Virus record (IMG/VR): IMGVR_UViG_3300027741_000024
Span: 82,311-146,310 of that record
DNA: 64,000 nt
Origin: a virus
Strand: one strand, 5' to 3'
The notes under the pieces are model-generated. The model ran no database searches, was not told where the DNA came from, and saw only the letters and a program-made list of their open reading frames with translations. The position numbers were made by a program, and so were the translations under genes. Shown here piece after piece: positions 55,523 to 64,000 of this stretch (positions are counted from its first letter, which is position 1; each line of letters starts with the position of its first letter).

Positions 55523-58336
55523 ATGCCAATTTTAGCATCAATAGGTGCAGGCTCACTTGCATCATATGGATTTAGAAAAAGACTGTTAGGACAAACACCA
55601 CTCACTATATTTAATGTAGTAGAAACTTTTAAATATACTAGAGACTGGACAGTACCTGATGGAGTTACTTCCGCAGACTATCTTGTTGTGGGCGGTGGTG
55701 GTAGTGGCGCTTACGGTGGCGGCGGTGCAGGAGGTTTTTTATCTGGAACGGGTACCGCATTAACTCCAGGCACACCGTATACGGTCACTGTCGGTGCAGG
55801 TGGTGCGCTTGCTGCTAATGGTACTAGTACAACTTTTGGCGCATATACTGCATTAGGCGGTGGAGGAGGAGGTACAAATGCTCCTGCTGGTGGGTCCAAT
55901 GGAAAATCTGGTGGATCTGGTGGAGGAGGAGGAACGCAAGGGACTGCCGGTGCTTTTTTAGGAGGTTTGGGAACTCCGGGTCAAGGTAATGATGGTGGTG
56001 CTGGAACCTTTTTTGGTGCATCTTATGGTGGTGGTGCTGGTGGTGGAGGTGGTGCAGGTACAGCAGGCGGTAGTGCATATTCAATTGCACCTGCACCTCA
56101 ACCTACACCAGGAATAATTTATGGTGGAAATGGTGGTGATGGATTAGCATCATCAATAACTAGCACACCAACATATTATGCTGGCGGTGGCGGCGGTCAT
56201 ACACGGGCTGGTGCAGGTGGTTCTGGTGGTTTAGGTGGTGGTGGTGCTGGTGTTTCACAATCACCAGCGCCTGCGTCTGCTGCTCTCTCTGGAACTCCAA
56301 ACACTGGAGGTGGCGGAGGCGGCAGCGCAAGTTATACCAATGGGGGTTCTGGCATTGTCATACTAAGATATCAACGACCAAGTAATACAACATTGTTTTT
56401 TGCAAACTCAGGTTCATTTACTGTAGATTCACTTGTTGCTGGTATATCATGGTTAGTTGTCGGTGGTGGTGGTGGCGGTGGTGGAGGTCGTGCAGGTGGT
56501 GGGGGTGCTGGTGGTATAGCATATACTCCGTATGCTTCTTTTTCTTCATTTCCTACAGGATATAATCCATCACTAACAGGCACTGTTATTGTTGGTGCGG
56601 GTGGTGCTGGATCATCTTCTCCAACAACCGCAGGTGCGAATGGTGGTACAAGTTCCGTTTCTTTTGGTCCAGCAAGTCCTGGACCATATTTGTTTGATTT
56701 ACCAGTAAGTGGACAAAGTTTGGGTACAATATTAGGATATGGTGGTGGAGGAGGAGGTGCCACTGGTCCTTCAGTTGCAGCATCGGCTGGAAGATCAGGA
56801 GGTTCTGGTGGAGGAAGCGGATCACTATCAATAGCAAATCCAGCAAATCCAGGTTTTGCAGGAAATGCAGGACTAGCATTGACTCAAGGTGAGGATGCTG
56901 GTGTGGCACCATACACTTCTCCTGCATTAGGAGTCAGTCCTGTAAATCCTGGAGTTCAAGGTTATTCTGGTGGTCTTGGTATATCAGCTGCATCACCATA
57001 TGGATTATTGAGTGCAGGTGGTGGCGGCGGTGCTGGTGGTGCAGGTCAAAATGGAAACGTTCCTGCACCTGGAGTGGGAGGTGATGGTGGTATTGGAATT
57101 ACAACTACGATGGCAGGTTTTGGTTTAAACTTGGCAGGTGGCGGTGGTGGAGGAGGTTACTCTCCTGTTGCTGGCGGTAGAGGAAGTACAACACCAAATT
57201 CTTATGGTGGAGGAATTGGTATTACAGATAGCACATTTACTCCACTTCAAATTGGTACGATCAATACTGGCGGTGGTGGTGGCGGTGGCGGACAAGTTTC
57301 TCCTACTATACTATCGGCTGGCGGCACCGGTGGTTCAGGTCTTGTGATTGTAAAGATATTCCGTCCACTTGAAGGTGTACAATTAAGTACATTTAATAGT
57401 GCAAATACAATTGTCATACCATCAGGTATAACTAAGATGGATTATCTTGTTGTTGCTGGTGGTGGTGGCAGTGGTGGTCAGTCTGCAAGTGGACCAGGAA
57501 GTCCATTTAATTCTGGTACTGGTGGCGGTGGTGCAGGTGGATTTAGAATAGGCACAGGACTTACTGTATCAACAGGTCAAGAATTTACTTTTTCTGTCGG
57601 TGCTGGTGGCGGCGGCGGTGGTAACGGAAGTAATAGTGGAATTTGGAATTCATCTCCAGGAAACGGTTTTTCTATATGGTCATCTGGAGGAGGTGCGGGT
57701 GGCGCTGGACAAACTAGTCCGACAAATCGTAATGGATACTTCGGTCAGTCTGGTGGTTCTGGTGGTGGCGGTGGCGGCGGTGGTGCTAGTCCGGTCGCCG
57801 CTCCTTCGCCGGCAGCAGGCGCATGGAATGGTGAGATAGGTGGATTAGGTAACTATGATCCTGCATCGCAATCCACAACACCGTTCAATCAAGGTAACGG
57901 AGGTGGTTACGGTGCTAATGCTTGGAGTGATCCGTTTTCTCCTGGAGCAGGAATTTCTAGTGGCGGTGGAGGTGGTGGAGCAGGCGCTGCTGGTGGCAAC
58001 GGATATTCTTTTAACTTTCTTGACGTTTCATCAGGATATGGTGGAAATGGTGGAGATGGAGTATCTTCAGCAATAAGCGGCAATACTGTTTTCTATGCTG
58101 GCGGCGGTGGTGGTGGTATGTACTCACTTTCTCCATTTCCTGTTACTGGAGCATATCAAAATGGATTTTTTGCTGTTGGTGTTGGTGGTGCAGGTGGTGG
58201 TGGTAATGGTGGTGGAAGAGCTCCGTCTACTGGTATTTCTGGAAGTCTAAACACTGGCGGTGGTGGAGGTGGTGTTGCCAGAACTACTCTTACAGGAGGA
58301 GGTTCAGGAGTTATCATAGTCAAACTGTACAATTAA
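55523..58336 (+). CDS. glycine-rich repeat virion/fibre protein
   Basis: Three modules YLVVGGGG...GAGG...NTGGGGGG...GSGIVI. Confidence 0.8.
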   Translation: MPILASIGAGSLASYGFRKRLLGQTPLTIFNVVETFKYTRDWTVPDGVTSADYLVVGGGGSGAYGGGGAGGFLSGTGTALTPGTPYTVTVGAGGALAANGTSTTFGAYTALGGGGGGTNAPAGGSNGKSGGSGGGGGTQGTAGAFLGGLGTPGQGNDGGAGTFFGASYGGGAGGGGGAGTAGGSAYSIAPAPQPTPGIIYGGNGGDGLASSITSTPTYYAGGGGGHTRAGAGGSGGLGGGGAGVSQSPAPASAALSGTPNTGGGGGGSASYTNGGSGIVILRYQRPSNTTLFFANSGSFTVDSLVAGISWLVVGGGGGGGGGRAGGGGAGGIAYTPYASFSSFPTGYNPSLTGTVIVGAGGAGSSSPTTAGANGGTSSVSFGPASPGPYLFDLPVSGQSLGTILGYGGGGGGATGPSVAASAGRSGGSGGGSGSLSIANPANPGFAGNAGLALTQGEDAGVAPYTSPALGVSPVNPGVQGYSGGLGISAASPYGLLSAGGGGGAGGAGQNGNVPAPGVGGDGGIGITTTMAGFGLNLAGGGGGGGYSPVAGGRGSTTPNSYGGGIGITDSTFTPLQIGTINTGGGGGGGGQVSPTILSAGGTGGSGLVIVKIFRPLEGVQLSTFNSANTIVIPSGITKMDYLVVAGGGGSGGQSASGPGSPFNSGTGGGGAGGFRIGTGLTVSTGQEFTFSVGAGGGGGGNGSNSGIWNSSPGNGFSIWSSGGGAGGAGQTSPTNRNGYFGQSGGSGGGGGGGGASPVAAPSPAAGAWNGEIGGLGNYDPASQSTTPFNQGNGGGYGANAWSDPFSPGAGISSGGGGGGAGAAGGNGYSFNFLDVSSGYGGNGGDGVSSAISGNTVFYAGGGGGGMYSLSPFPVTGAYQNGFFAVGVGGAGGGGNGGGRAPSTGISGSLNTGGGGGGVARTTLTGGGSGVIIVKLYN

Positions 58337-58338
58337 TA

Positions 58339-58390
58339 GTGTTGTAAAAAAACAACACCACTTGACAATAGGCAGGGTTTTTAGTATAAT
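58339..58390 (+). promoter_or_regulatory. sigma70 consensus promoter with upstream perfect palindrome
   Basis: GTGTTGT-AAAAAA-ACAACAC, 3 nt, TTGACA (58362)-17-TATAAT. Confidence 0.85.
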
Positions 58391-58399
58391 GGTAATACT

Positions 58400-58759
58400 A
58401 TGAAAACTTTGCCTATTGTCGGTTCAACAATTTCCATAAATTGTCAATATTACACTGGTTCCGTCAAGTTTGATGGTGTCGTGGTCAATCCATACCGTTG
58501 GTTATCTGCTGACGAATTCTGTTTACAAACTGACAACAAGACCTTTCCTGTGTCAGTTATCAATCTTGCAAATGTTGTTGATTTGAAAATACTTAACGGT
58601 TCAACAACAACCATCCGCAAGTTCAAGGTCAAGGGTTCTAAGAATGATGAATATTTGGTAACATTGTCAGGAGAACACTATTCCTGTTCTTGCATCGGTT
58701 TCAAATATTACAGTAAATGCAAGCATATTACAAAGGTAAAAGATAAACTTGCCTCTTGA
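58400..58759 (+). CDS. SWIM zinc-finger protein
   Basis: Y.VT....YSCSCIGFKYYSKCKHI. Confidence 0.8.
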   Translation: MKTLPIVGSTISINCQYYTGSVKFDGVVVNPYRWLSADEFCLQTDNKTFPVSVINLANVVDLKILNGSTTTIRKFKVKGSKNDEYLVTLSGEHYSCSCIGFKYYSKCKHITKVKDKLAS

Positions 58760-58784
58760 CAAAGGTATCACTACCTGATAGAAT
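58756..58784 (+). promoter_or_regulatory. sigma70-type promoter
   Basis: TTGACA-17-TAGAAT. Confidence 0.7.
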
Positions 58785-58793
58785 GATTATATT

Positions 58794-59183
58794 ATGATGA
58801 TTCACACATACCACAAATCAAAGAAAAAGAAAGTAACAAAAAAACAATTGCAAGACCGACAAGATTTTGAACGGTCTATCAATTCAATACCGTTACCTTC
58901 TGGTGCCAAGTTCCTTCCTACCAAGGTCAAGGTTCAGAAAAAGGCCTTGTTCACGTATCGTGTACCACGTGACATTGTACGAGCAGAATCTTTACCTGAC
59001 ACGGTTAAGGGCGCTCTGACAAAGACTGGCATCATGAAAGATTACCACAAACTCAGTAAATCTGACCGTGAGATTGTGGCTGATGTAGCGTCCTGCACGG
59101 CTCCATTGCATAAAGGTAACTATACCTATGTTACCGAAGGCATGAATCCTGCAAGTTTCGGTCGGAAAAATGAGGTGTTATGA
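58794..59183 (+). CDS. basic conserved phage hypothetical protein
   Basis: TAPLHKGNYTYV. Confidence 0.7.
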   Translation: MMIHTYHKSKKKKVTKKQLQDRQDFERSINSIPLPSGAKFLPTKVKVQKKALFTYRVPRDIVRAESLPDTVKGALTKTGIMKDYHKLSKSDREIVADVASCTAPLHKGNYTYVTEGMNPASFGRKNEVL

Positions 59184-59189
59184 GAGGGC

Positions 59190-59218
59190 TTGACAAATGG
59201 CAACCTTCATGTTACACT
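59190..59218 (+). promoter_or_regulatory. sigma70-type promoter
   Basis: TTGACA-17-TACACT. Confidence 0.7.
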
Positions 59219-59250
59219 ATTATTTCTATTGTTAATTAGGAGTTTATATT

Positions 59251-59694
59251 ATGGCACGTACTAAATCAGGCAATCTGCCTCCTTTTGTTAAACTTTTGAC
59301 ACTGTTACAAACAGGCGAAGTTGTTACTAAAGATGAAATCGAATCAAAACTCGGTAATGATATTTACACTTACCGATTGTCAACATACATTTGGCATATC
59401 AAGACCAACACGAAAGGTGTTGTGAAAGTTATCAAAGATGGTCGTATTGTCTCTGGTTATCAGTTGACTAATCCGGATGCAATCAAACAGTTTCTAATTG
59501 ATGCTGGCGCAGGTAATTTTGTACCAGGTCAAACAACACTAAAACCTTCAACGGCAAAACTTGCTGCAGCATCTGTGAAATCACTCAGTGGTTTGAAAGC
59601 AAAACCTGCCAAAGCTGTAAAGCCAACTAAAGTTGCTGCACCAGTTGAAATTGTTGCACCTGTGATTGACGAGGTCGTTGAAATCACTGAATGA
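59251..59694 (+). CDS. winged-helix-like DNA-binding protein with Lys/Ala/Pro tail
   Basis: LLTLLQTGEVVTKDEI...LSTYIWHIK...GYQL; KAKPAKAVKP tail. Confidence 0.55.
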   Translation: MARTKSGNLPPFVKLLTLLQTGEVVTKDEIESKLGNDIYTYRLSTYIWHIKTNTKGVVKVIKDGRIVSGYQLTNPDAIKQFLIDAGAGNFVPGQTTLKPSTAKLAAASVKSLSGLKAKPAKAVKPTKVAAPVEIVAPVIDEVVEITE

Positions 59695-59704
59695 TAAAAG
59701 TTTC

Positions 59705-59776
59705 GGGGGTGATGGCCATTCTACGCCTATATTTCATTAAACAACAATGACTGTCGTGAGACAGACACGTGCCCCC
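59705..59776 (+). ncRNA. candidate four-way-junction structured RNA
   Basis: GGGGGTG/TGCCCCC closing stem; inner hairpins GGC/GCC, TCATT/AATGA, CTGTC-GTGA-GACAG. Confidence 0.35.
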
Positions 59777-59790
59777 ATTTTCTTTCTAAG

Positions 59791-60030
59791 GTGATCATGT
59801 CAAAATTTACAAATTGGGTTTCAAAGAAGTGGTCAGAGATTGAAGATCGTTCACTTAAAGCAATTGACTCTGCAAATTTTTACAGTGCATTATTTACTGA
59901 ACGACAAAAGTTTTACATGGTAGTGATTGTTATGGCATTTCTTGCCATGGTTGGTGCAAGAGGTGCTGTTGAGTTTATTGGTTTTGTTTATATTATGAAT
60001 AAGTTTACACCTGATGAGGATCAGAAATGA
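59791..60030 (+). CDS. membrane protein
   Basis: C-terminal hydrophobic segment. Confidence 0.55.
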   Translation: MIMSKFTNWVSKKWSEIEDRSLKAIDSANFYSALFTERQKFYMVVIVMAFLAMVGARGAVEFIGFVYIMNKFTPDEDQK

Positions 60031-60296
60031 AAACGATTATCCCTTTATTATTATTGAGTATGCTTACGGCATGTTCAACTGCTACACTAAAAGATCCTGT
60101 GGCTAATCCACAAGGTCTGACTAATCCAGATTTGATTAAAGTTCAACTTGAACAAATTGCAAAACTTGAACGTGAGATGGAAAAACGTGAACAGGAATTG
60201 AAGTATCAGCATTTGAAAGAACTAACACAAATGCAGATACAACAAAAACAAGCAGTATCTTCTGGTCACACTAATTGCAAATTACTTTGCTTCTAG
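60027..60296 (+). CDS. lipoprotein with coiled coil
   Basis: LTAC lipobox; GAGGA SD. Confidence 0.7.
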   Translation: MKTIIPLLLLSMLTACSTATLKDPVANPQGLTNPDLIKVQLEQIAKLEREMEKREQELKYQHLKELTQMQIQQKQAVSSGHTNCKLLCF

Positions 60297-60297
60297 A

Positions 60298-60837
60298 ATG
60301 AATATTTTTTACTTACACCATGATGTGCGAAAATGTGCAGAAATGCATGTGGATCGGCATTGTGTTAAAATGATACTTGAATATGCTCAACTTCTATCTA
60401 CTGCTCACCGTATTCTTGACGGTGTTCTTTCTACTGGCGTCAGTCAATCTGGTCGGAAGAAAACTATATATGTTCTTGCCGATGACCGTGATACCGTTTT
60501 GTACTCTGCTACTCACGCTAACCATCCGAGCGCTGTATGGGTAAGGCAATCAGATAAAAATTATGATTGGTTGTTTGCTTTGTTTCAAGCATTGATGGAT
60601 GAATACACTTATCGTTATGATAAAGTTCATGCATGTTCTAAGTTGGAAATGCATTTGGCTAAAATACCTAACAATATTCCATGGAAACCTTTTACTGAAC
60701 CAACGCCTGCTATGCCTGATGATGTGAAGGTATTAAATGATTCAATTCTATCATACAGAAATTACTATATACAGAATAAGACACATTTAGCCAACTGGAA
60801 AAAACGTGATGTTCCAGAATGGTATATTACTAAATAA
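60298..60837 (+). CDS. pyrimidine-dimer DNA glycosylase (DenV-related) family protein
   Basis: MNIFYL...HVDRHCVKMILEYAQLLSTAH, THANHPSAVW, EYTYRY.KVH, YRNYY. Confidence 0.8.
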   Translation: MNIFYLHHDVRKCAEMHVDRHCVKMILEYAQLLSTAHRILDGVLSTGVSQSGRKKTIYVLADDRDTVLYSATHANHPSAVWVRQSDKNYDWLFALFQALMDEYTYRYDKVHACSKLEMHLAKIPNNIPWKPFTEPTPAMPDDVKVLNDSILSYRNYYIQNKTHLANWKKRDVPEWYITK

Positions 60838-60841
60838 AATT

Positions 60842-61144
60842 ATGCCAACCTACGATTTCGTAAACACTGAAACAGGCGAAGAATTTGAGGAGTTCATGAG
60901 CATTTCCGCACGTGAGCAATACCTCAAAGATAACCCAAAAATTCAACAAATGCTAGGAGCCACATCAACGGTTTCTGGCGTATCAATTACTGGTAAAATA
61001 CCAGACGGTTTTAAAGAAGTTCTATCCAAAGTTGCCGAAAACCATAAAACATCTGCTGTTGCAAATGCACATGGTCGCAAGTCTATGAAAGAAATCAAAA
61101 CACAAAACTTAGTCAATAAACATATCGGAAAATTTGGGCACTAA
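60842..61144 (+). CDS. FmdB-like small regulatory protein (Cys-less)
   Basis: MPTYDFVNTETGEEFEEFMSIS; PDGFKEVLSK. Confidence 0.65.
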   Translation: MPTYDFVNTETGEEFEEFMSISAREQYLKDNPKIQQMLGATSTVSGVSITGKIPDGFKEVLSKVAENHKTSAVANAHGRKSMKEIKTQNLVNKHIGKFGH

Positions 61145-61184
61145 TTATATAATGCTAACTTGCTGTTGTATATAAGGAGCATTT

Positions 61185-61946
61185 ATGGCACGTAAAGCGG
61201 CACTAAAACAGGTCTATAGTAGTGAAGAATCGTTGGACTTTTCAAAACCAACTAATCGTTTGAAGTTAAGATTAGATGATATGAAAACATTTCAACCACT
61301 AACTGATAACCAGAATAAATTTTTTCAAGCATACAAACAAGGAGATTACTTTATAGCATTACATGGTGTTGCTGGAACAGGTAAAACATTTTCAGCATTA
61401 TATAAAGCTATTGAAGAAGTATTGGATAAAAGTAATACGTTTGAGAAAATTATAGTTGTGCGCTCAGCAGTGCAATCAAGAGAGATAGGACATCTACCGG
61501 GTTCTATAGATGAGAAGATGGATATCTATCAGCAACCATATCGTCAAATATGCGAAACACTTTTTGGTCGCAAAGATGCATGGGATAGATTAGAGGAACA
61601 AGGTCATATTGAATTCATTTCAACATCATTTATTCGTGGTATGTCATTTGATAATGCCATTATTATTGTTGATGAAATGCAGAATATGACCTTTGAAGAA
61701 ATTGATACTGTAATGACTAGGGTAGGTAATCAATCAAAGATTATCTGGTGTGGTGATTACAGGCAGACTGATTTGAACAAGAAGAAAAACGATGTATCGG
61801 GTCTATTGAAATTCTTTGACATTGCATACCATATGGGTGCATTCACTAGAATTGAATTTACACCAGATGATATCGTTCGTTCAAGTTTAGTTAAAGATTA
61901 CATTTTAGCAAAATTGAAGTTTGAGGATTTAGCAGAAAAGGCATAA
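61185..61946 (+). CDS. phoH: PhoH-like ATPase
   Basis: GVAGTGKT, RSAV, GHLPG, FIRGMSF, DEMQN, GDYRQTD, IVRS. Confidence 0.95.
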   Translation: MARKAALKQVYSSEESLDFSKPTNRLKLRLDDMKTFQPLTDNQNKFFQAYKQGDYFIALHGVAGTGKTFSALYKAIEEVLDKSNTFEKIIVVRSAVQSREIGHLPGSIDEKMDIYQQPYRQICETLFGRKDAWDRLEEQGHIEFISTSFIRGMSFDNAIIIVDEMQNMTFEEIDTVMTRVGNQSKIIWCGDYRQTDLNKKKNDVSGLLKFFDIAYHMGAFTRIEFTPDDIVRSSLVKDYILAKLKFEDLAEKA

Positions 61947-62611
61947 TGAAAATATTTAATCATGTGAAGTTGCCGCAACTTGACTTTGACTTGAAAGCAG
62001 AAACAACCGAAAGTGGTAGACTCTATGCTACTCCCACAGGAGAAAAGTATAAGTCTATCACTACGGTACTTTCAAATCATAGCAAGCAAGCAATCATGGA
62101 ATGGCGTGATCGTGTTGGTGCTGAAGAGGCAAACAAGATATCAACCAAAGCGGCAAATCGTGGTACCAAAATTCACAAAATCTGCGAAGATTATATCAAC
62201 AACGAAATCTCTGAGATGAAGATGAAAACGTTGATGCCGAATTTAAAGGAACTATTCTTTAAGATCAAACCAATTATTGATGAGAAACTTGGTGATGTAT
62301 ATTCTCAAGAACAGGCATTATATTCACACCAATTGAGAGTTGCCGGCAGAGTAGACTTGATCGGTATGTGGAATGGTAAGTTATCGGTAATTGACTTTAA
62401 GACTTCTACCAAACAAAAAGAGGAATCGTACATTCAAAATTACTTCATGCAATGTACCGCATACGCTTTAATGTTTTCAGAGTTGACAGGAATGTGGATT
62501 GATGATATAGTAGTATTAATTGCTACTGAAGAAGGTGAATCGCAGGTATTTGAACGCCAGATCCATGACTATCGGAAACCTCTAATGAATTATATTGATA
62601 AATATGCCTAA
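61946..62611 (+). CDS. PD-(D/E)XK exonuclease
   Basis: SITTVL, RGT.IH, AGRVDLI, IDFKTS, YFMQCTAYA. Confidence 0.88.
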   Translation: MKIFNHVKLPQLDFDLKAETTESGRLYATPTGEKYKSITTVLSNHSKQAIMEWRDRVGAEEANKISTKAANRGTKIHKICEDYINNEISEMKMKTLMPNLKELFFKIKPIIDEKLGDVYSQEQALYSHQLRVAGRVDLIGMWNGKLSVIDFKTSTKQKEESYIQNYFMQCTAYALMFSELTGMWIDDIVVLIATEEGESQVFERQIHDYRKPLMNYIDKYA

Positions 62612-62624
62612 AATAGGAGGTATT

Positions 62625-63149
62625 ATGTTATCACTCAAACAATATATGGTGGAAGGTAATCCACTGGCAAGACTACATAAACACGCACAAGAAGGACGCC
62701 ATTATGCTGTATTATCAGCACATCGTCCAGAAGGTGAAGCAACACCAGAACAGAACAAAATAAGGCACAACGAATTGAAGGATAAACTTACTTCGCTAGG
62801 TTATGCTCACAAAGAAGTAGAAGGACACTATGAGGGTGGTAAAGAAAAATCAATTATGGTACATGCTAGAGGTACAGGTGATGAACATGGTAAAACATTG
62901 TTGCATGATGTCAAGAAACTGGGAAAGCATTATAACCAAGATTCCATCTTCCATCATGACACAAAATCTGCTAAATTACATGGAACAAATGCGACAGGTT
63001 TTCCAGGTAAAGACAAAGAAGAGGGCGTTGGTAAAACCAAGTTCAATAAACCTCATGCGCCATTTCAGACTGAGACTAAACCAAAGTCTGATAAACCATT
63101 GAAAGCAGGAAGAACTAGCAAAGGGTCGGCAAGATTTACGACAGAGTGA
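62625..63149 (+). CDS. DUF3293-like protein with capsid-targeting-like N-terminus
   Basis: AGGAGG SD; MLSLKQYMVE; LSAHR...N..R...L...GY...EG.Y..EKS, YNQDSI. Confidence 0.65.
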   Translation: MLSLKQYMVEGNPLARLHKHAQEGRHYAVLSAHRPEGEATPEQNKIRHNELKDKLTSLGYAHKEVEGHYEGGKEKSIMVHARGTGDEHGKTLLHDVKKLGKHYNQDSIFHHDTKSAKLHGTNATGFPGKDKEEGVGKTKFNKPHAPFQTETKPKSDKPLKAGRTSKGSARFTTE

Positions 63150-63152
63150 TAT

Positions 63153-63323
63153 ATGAATAAAAAAGAATATGATGAAAAGTTTAAAGAATACTTAAAAGAA
63201 AAGGGACCAAATCCAGGTACAACGTTTTTCGGTGCTTGGGGTTGGTATGCAATGATGAAAAATAAATTTAATGATGAATTGAAAGAACAAAATGGACAAA
63301 ATGGAACAGAAGAAAGAGTATAA
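63153..63323 (+). CDS. small hypothetical protein (not in ORF track)
   Basis: 56-aa ORF MNKKEYDEKFKEYL... Confidence 0.5.
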   Translation: MNKKEYDEKFKEYLKEKGPNPGTTFFGAWGWYAMMKNKFNDELKEQNGQNGTEERV

Positions 63324-63430
63324 AACAACACTCGATCATTTTGAACGTTGGTTTGATATAGCGTTACGATTTGGTTGGGCATTGTTTATCTATGTTGTGG
63401 TTACTGGCCATTACATTAGATAGTAAAGAA

Positions 63431-63695
63431 TTGTTGTAATTCCTTCAAAGTAAAGGCATTCTGGACGAGGGTTCGATTCCCTCCATCTCCACCAAAAGCA
63501 TATTGTATAGTGTGTTTCTGATGGGGATGACCTGGTTTCGACAGGGTGAAATAGCAGAGAAGGCAACACGATAGGCGATGATCGTTAATCAAGCAAAACT
63601 ACAAATGCAAATGACGCATTTTATGGTGAAGATCGCCTAGCAGCGTAACTCACTTGGGGTTTAGGGAGTGTCCTTATTAACCAATCACTCCCACC
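63431..63695 (+). ncRNA. ssrA: circularly permuted (two-piece) tmRNA
   Basis: Acceptor piece ends GGTTCGATTCCCTCCATCTCCACCA (63494); coding piece starts GGGGATG (63523) giving a G3-U70 acceptor stem; tag frame 63607-63648 ANDAFYGEDRLAA*. Outer ends are approximate. Confidence 0.9.
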
Positions 63696-63709
63696 AAATT
63701 CTATACATT

Positions 63710-64000
63710 ATGAAAATCTATAAGTCAAATTATCGTAGTCATTGGATTTCTCCATATGTTATATTGGAGAAAGTTTTCTTTTGGCGTGAGATTGATTATG
63801 ATGAACCACTCATTGAAAAACTTTCCAACTTCCTCAATCCTTTTTCTGTAGCATGGATGAATTTTCTTGACTTTGTGCATCCACAAATCAATTACATAAA
63901 GATTGATCGTTGGGATACATGGTCAATGGATCATACATTAGCCGATATTATTCTACCAATGTTGAAGCAAATGCGTGATACCAAACATGGTTCACCTCTT
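63710..64000 (+). CDS. conserved phage hypothetical protein (partial, runs off the window)
   Basis: IKIDRWDTWSMDHTLA.IILPMLKQ..TKHGSP. Confidence 0.7.
   Translation, partial: MKIYKSNYRSHWISPYVILEKVFFWREIDYDEPLIEKLSNFLNPFSVAWMNFLDFVHPQINYIKIDRWDTWSMDHTLADIILPMLKQMRDTKHGSPL

Noticed and set aside
525-63382. Numerous short minus-strand and alternate-frame ORFs in the track
   Set aside because: They are shadows of well-supported + strand genes, with no SD or motifs. Only 48407-49186 (-) and possibly 15666-15911 (+1) were kept.
1-64000. Alternative genetic code or stop-codon reassignment
   Set aside because: Core genes are full length in the standard code, TAA/TAG/TGA all end genes, and no suppressor tRNA was seen.

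Overview
A 64-kb segment of a large, AT-rich T4-like (myovirus) phage genome, coded almost entirely on the + strand in the standard genetic code. The host is Gram-negative (spanin pair). It is probably an aquatic Betaproteobacterium, an inference from the PqqA peptide type, a DUF3563/phasin-like pair and a PBP7-like peptidase. Core T4-like genes are uvsX, gp41 helicase, gp61 primase, thyX, nrdA/nrdB, rnh, phoH, a GIY-YIG nuclease and an exonuclease. There is also a lysis cassette (i-/o-spanin, GH19 endolysin, holin candidate), several late virion proteins with T4-like capsid-targeting N-termini, and a promoter-dense early region (about 37.7-48 kb) with tRNAs. Main highlights: (1) a translationally coupled 8-gene cluster (7516-13974) built around a sedoheptulose-7-phosphate cyclase with the 2-epi-5-epi-valiolone synthase signature, plus a kinase, nucleotidyltransferase, SDR, methyltransferase and glycosyltransferase-like genes, i.e. 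a candidate phage-encoded C7-cyclitol (pseudosugar) or gadusol-type pathway; (2) a stand-alone pqqA precursor-peptide gene missed by the ORF track; (3) a circularly permuted two-piece tmRNA; (4) a PlcP-like phospholipase behind a Pho-box-like repeat; (5) a recurring TGTTG-N8-CAACA palindrome beside early promoters; (6) a chimeric tRNA and a probable overprinted gene. All family assignments come from motif recognition by eye, not database searches.
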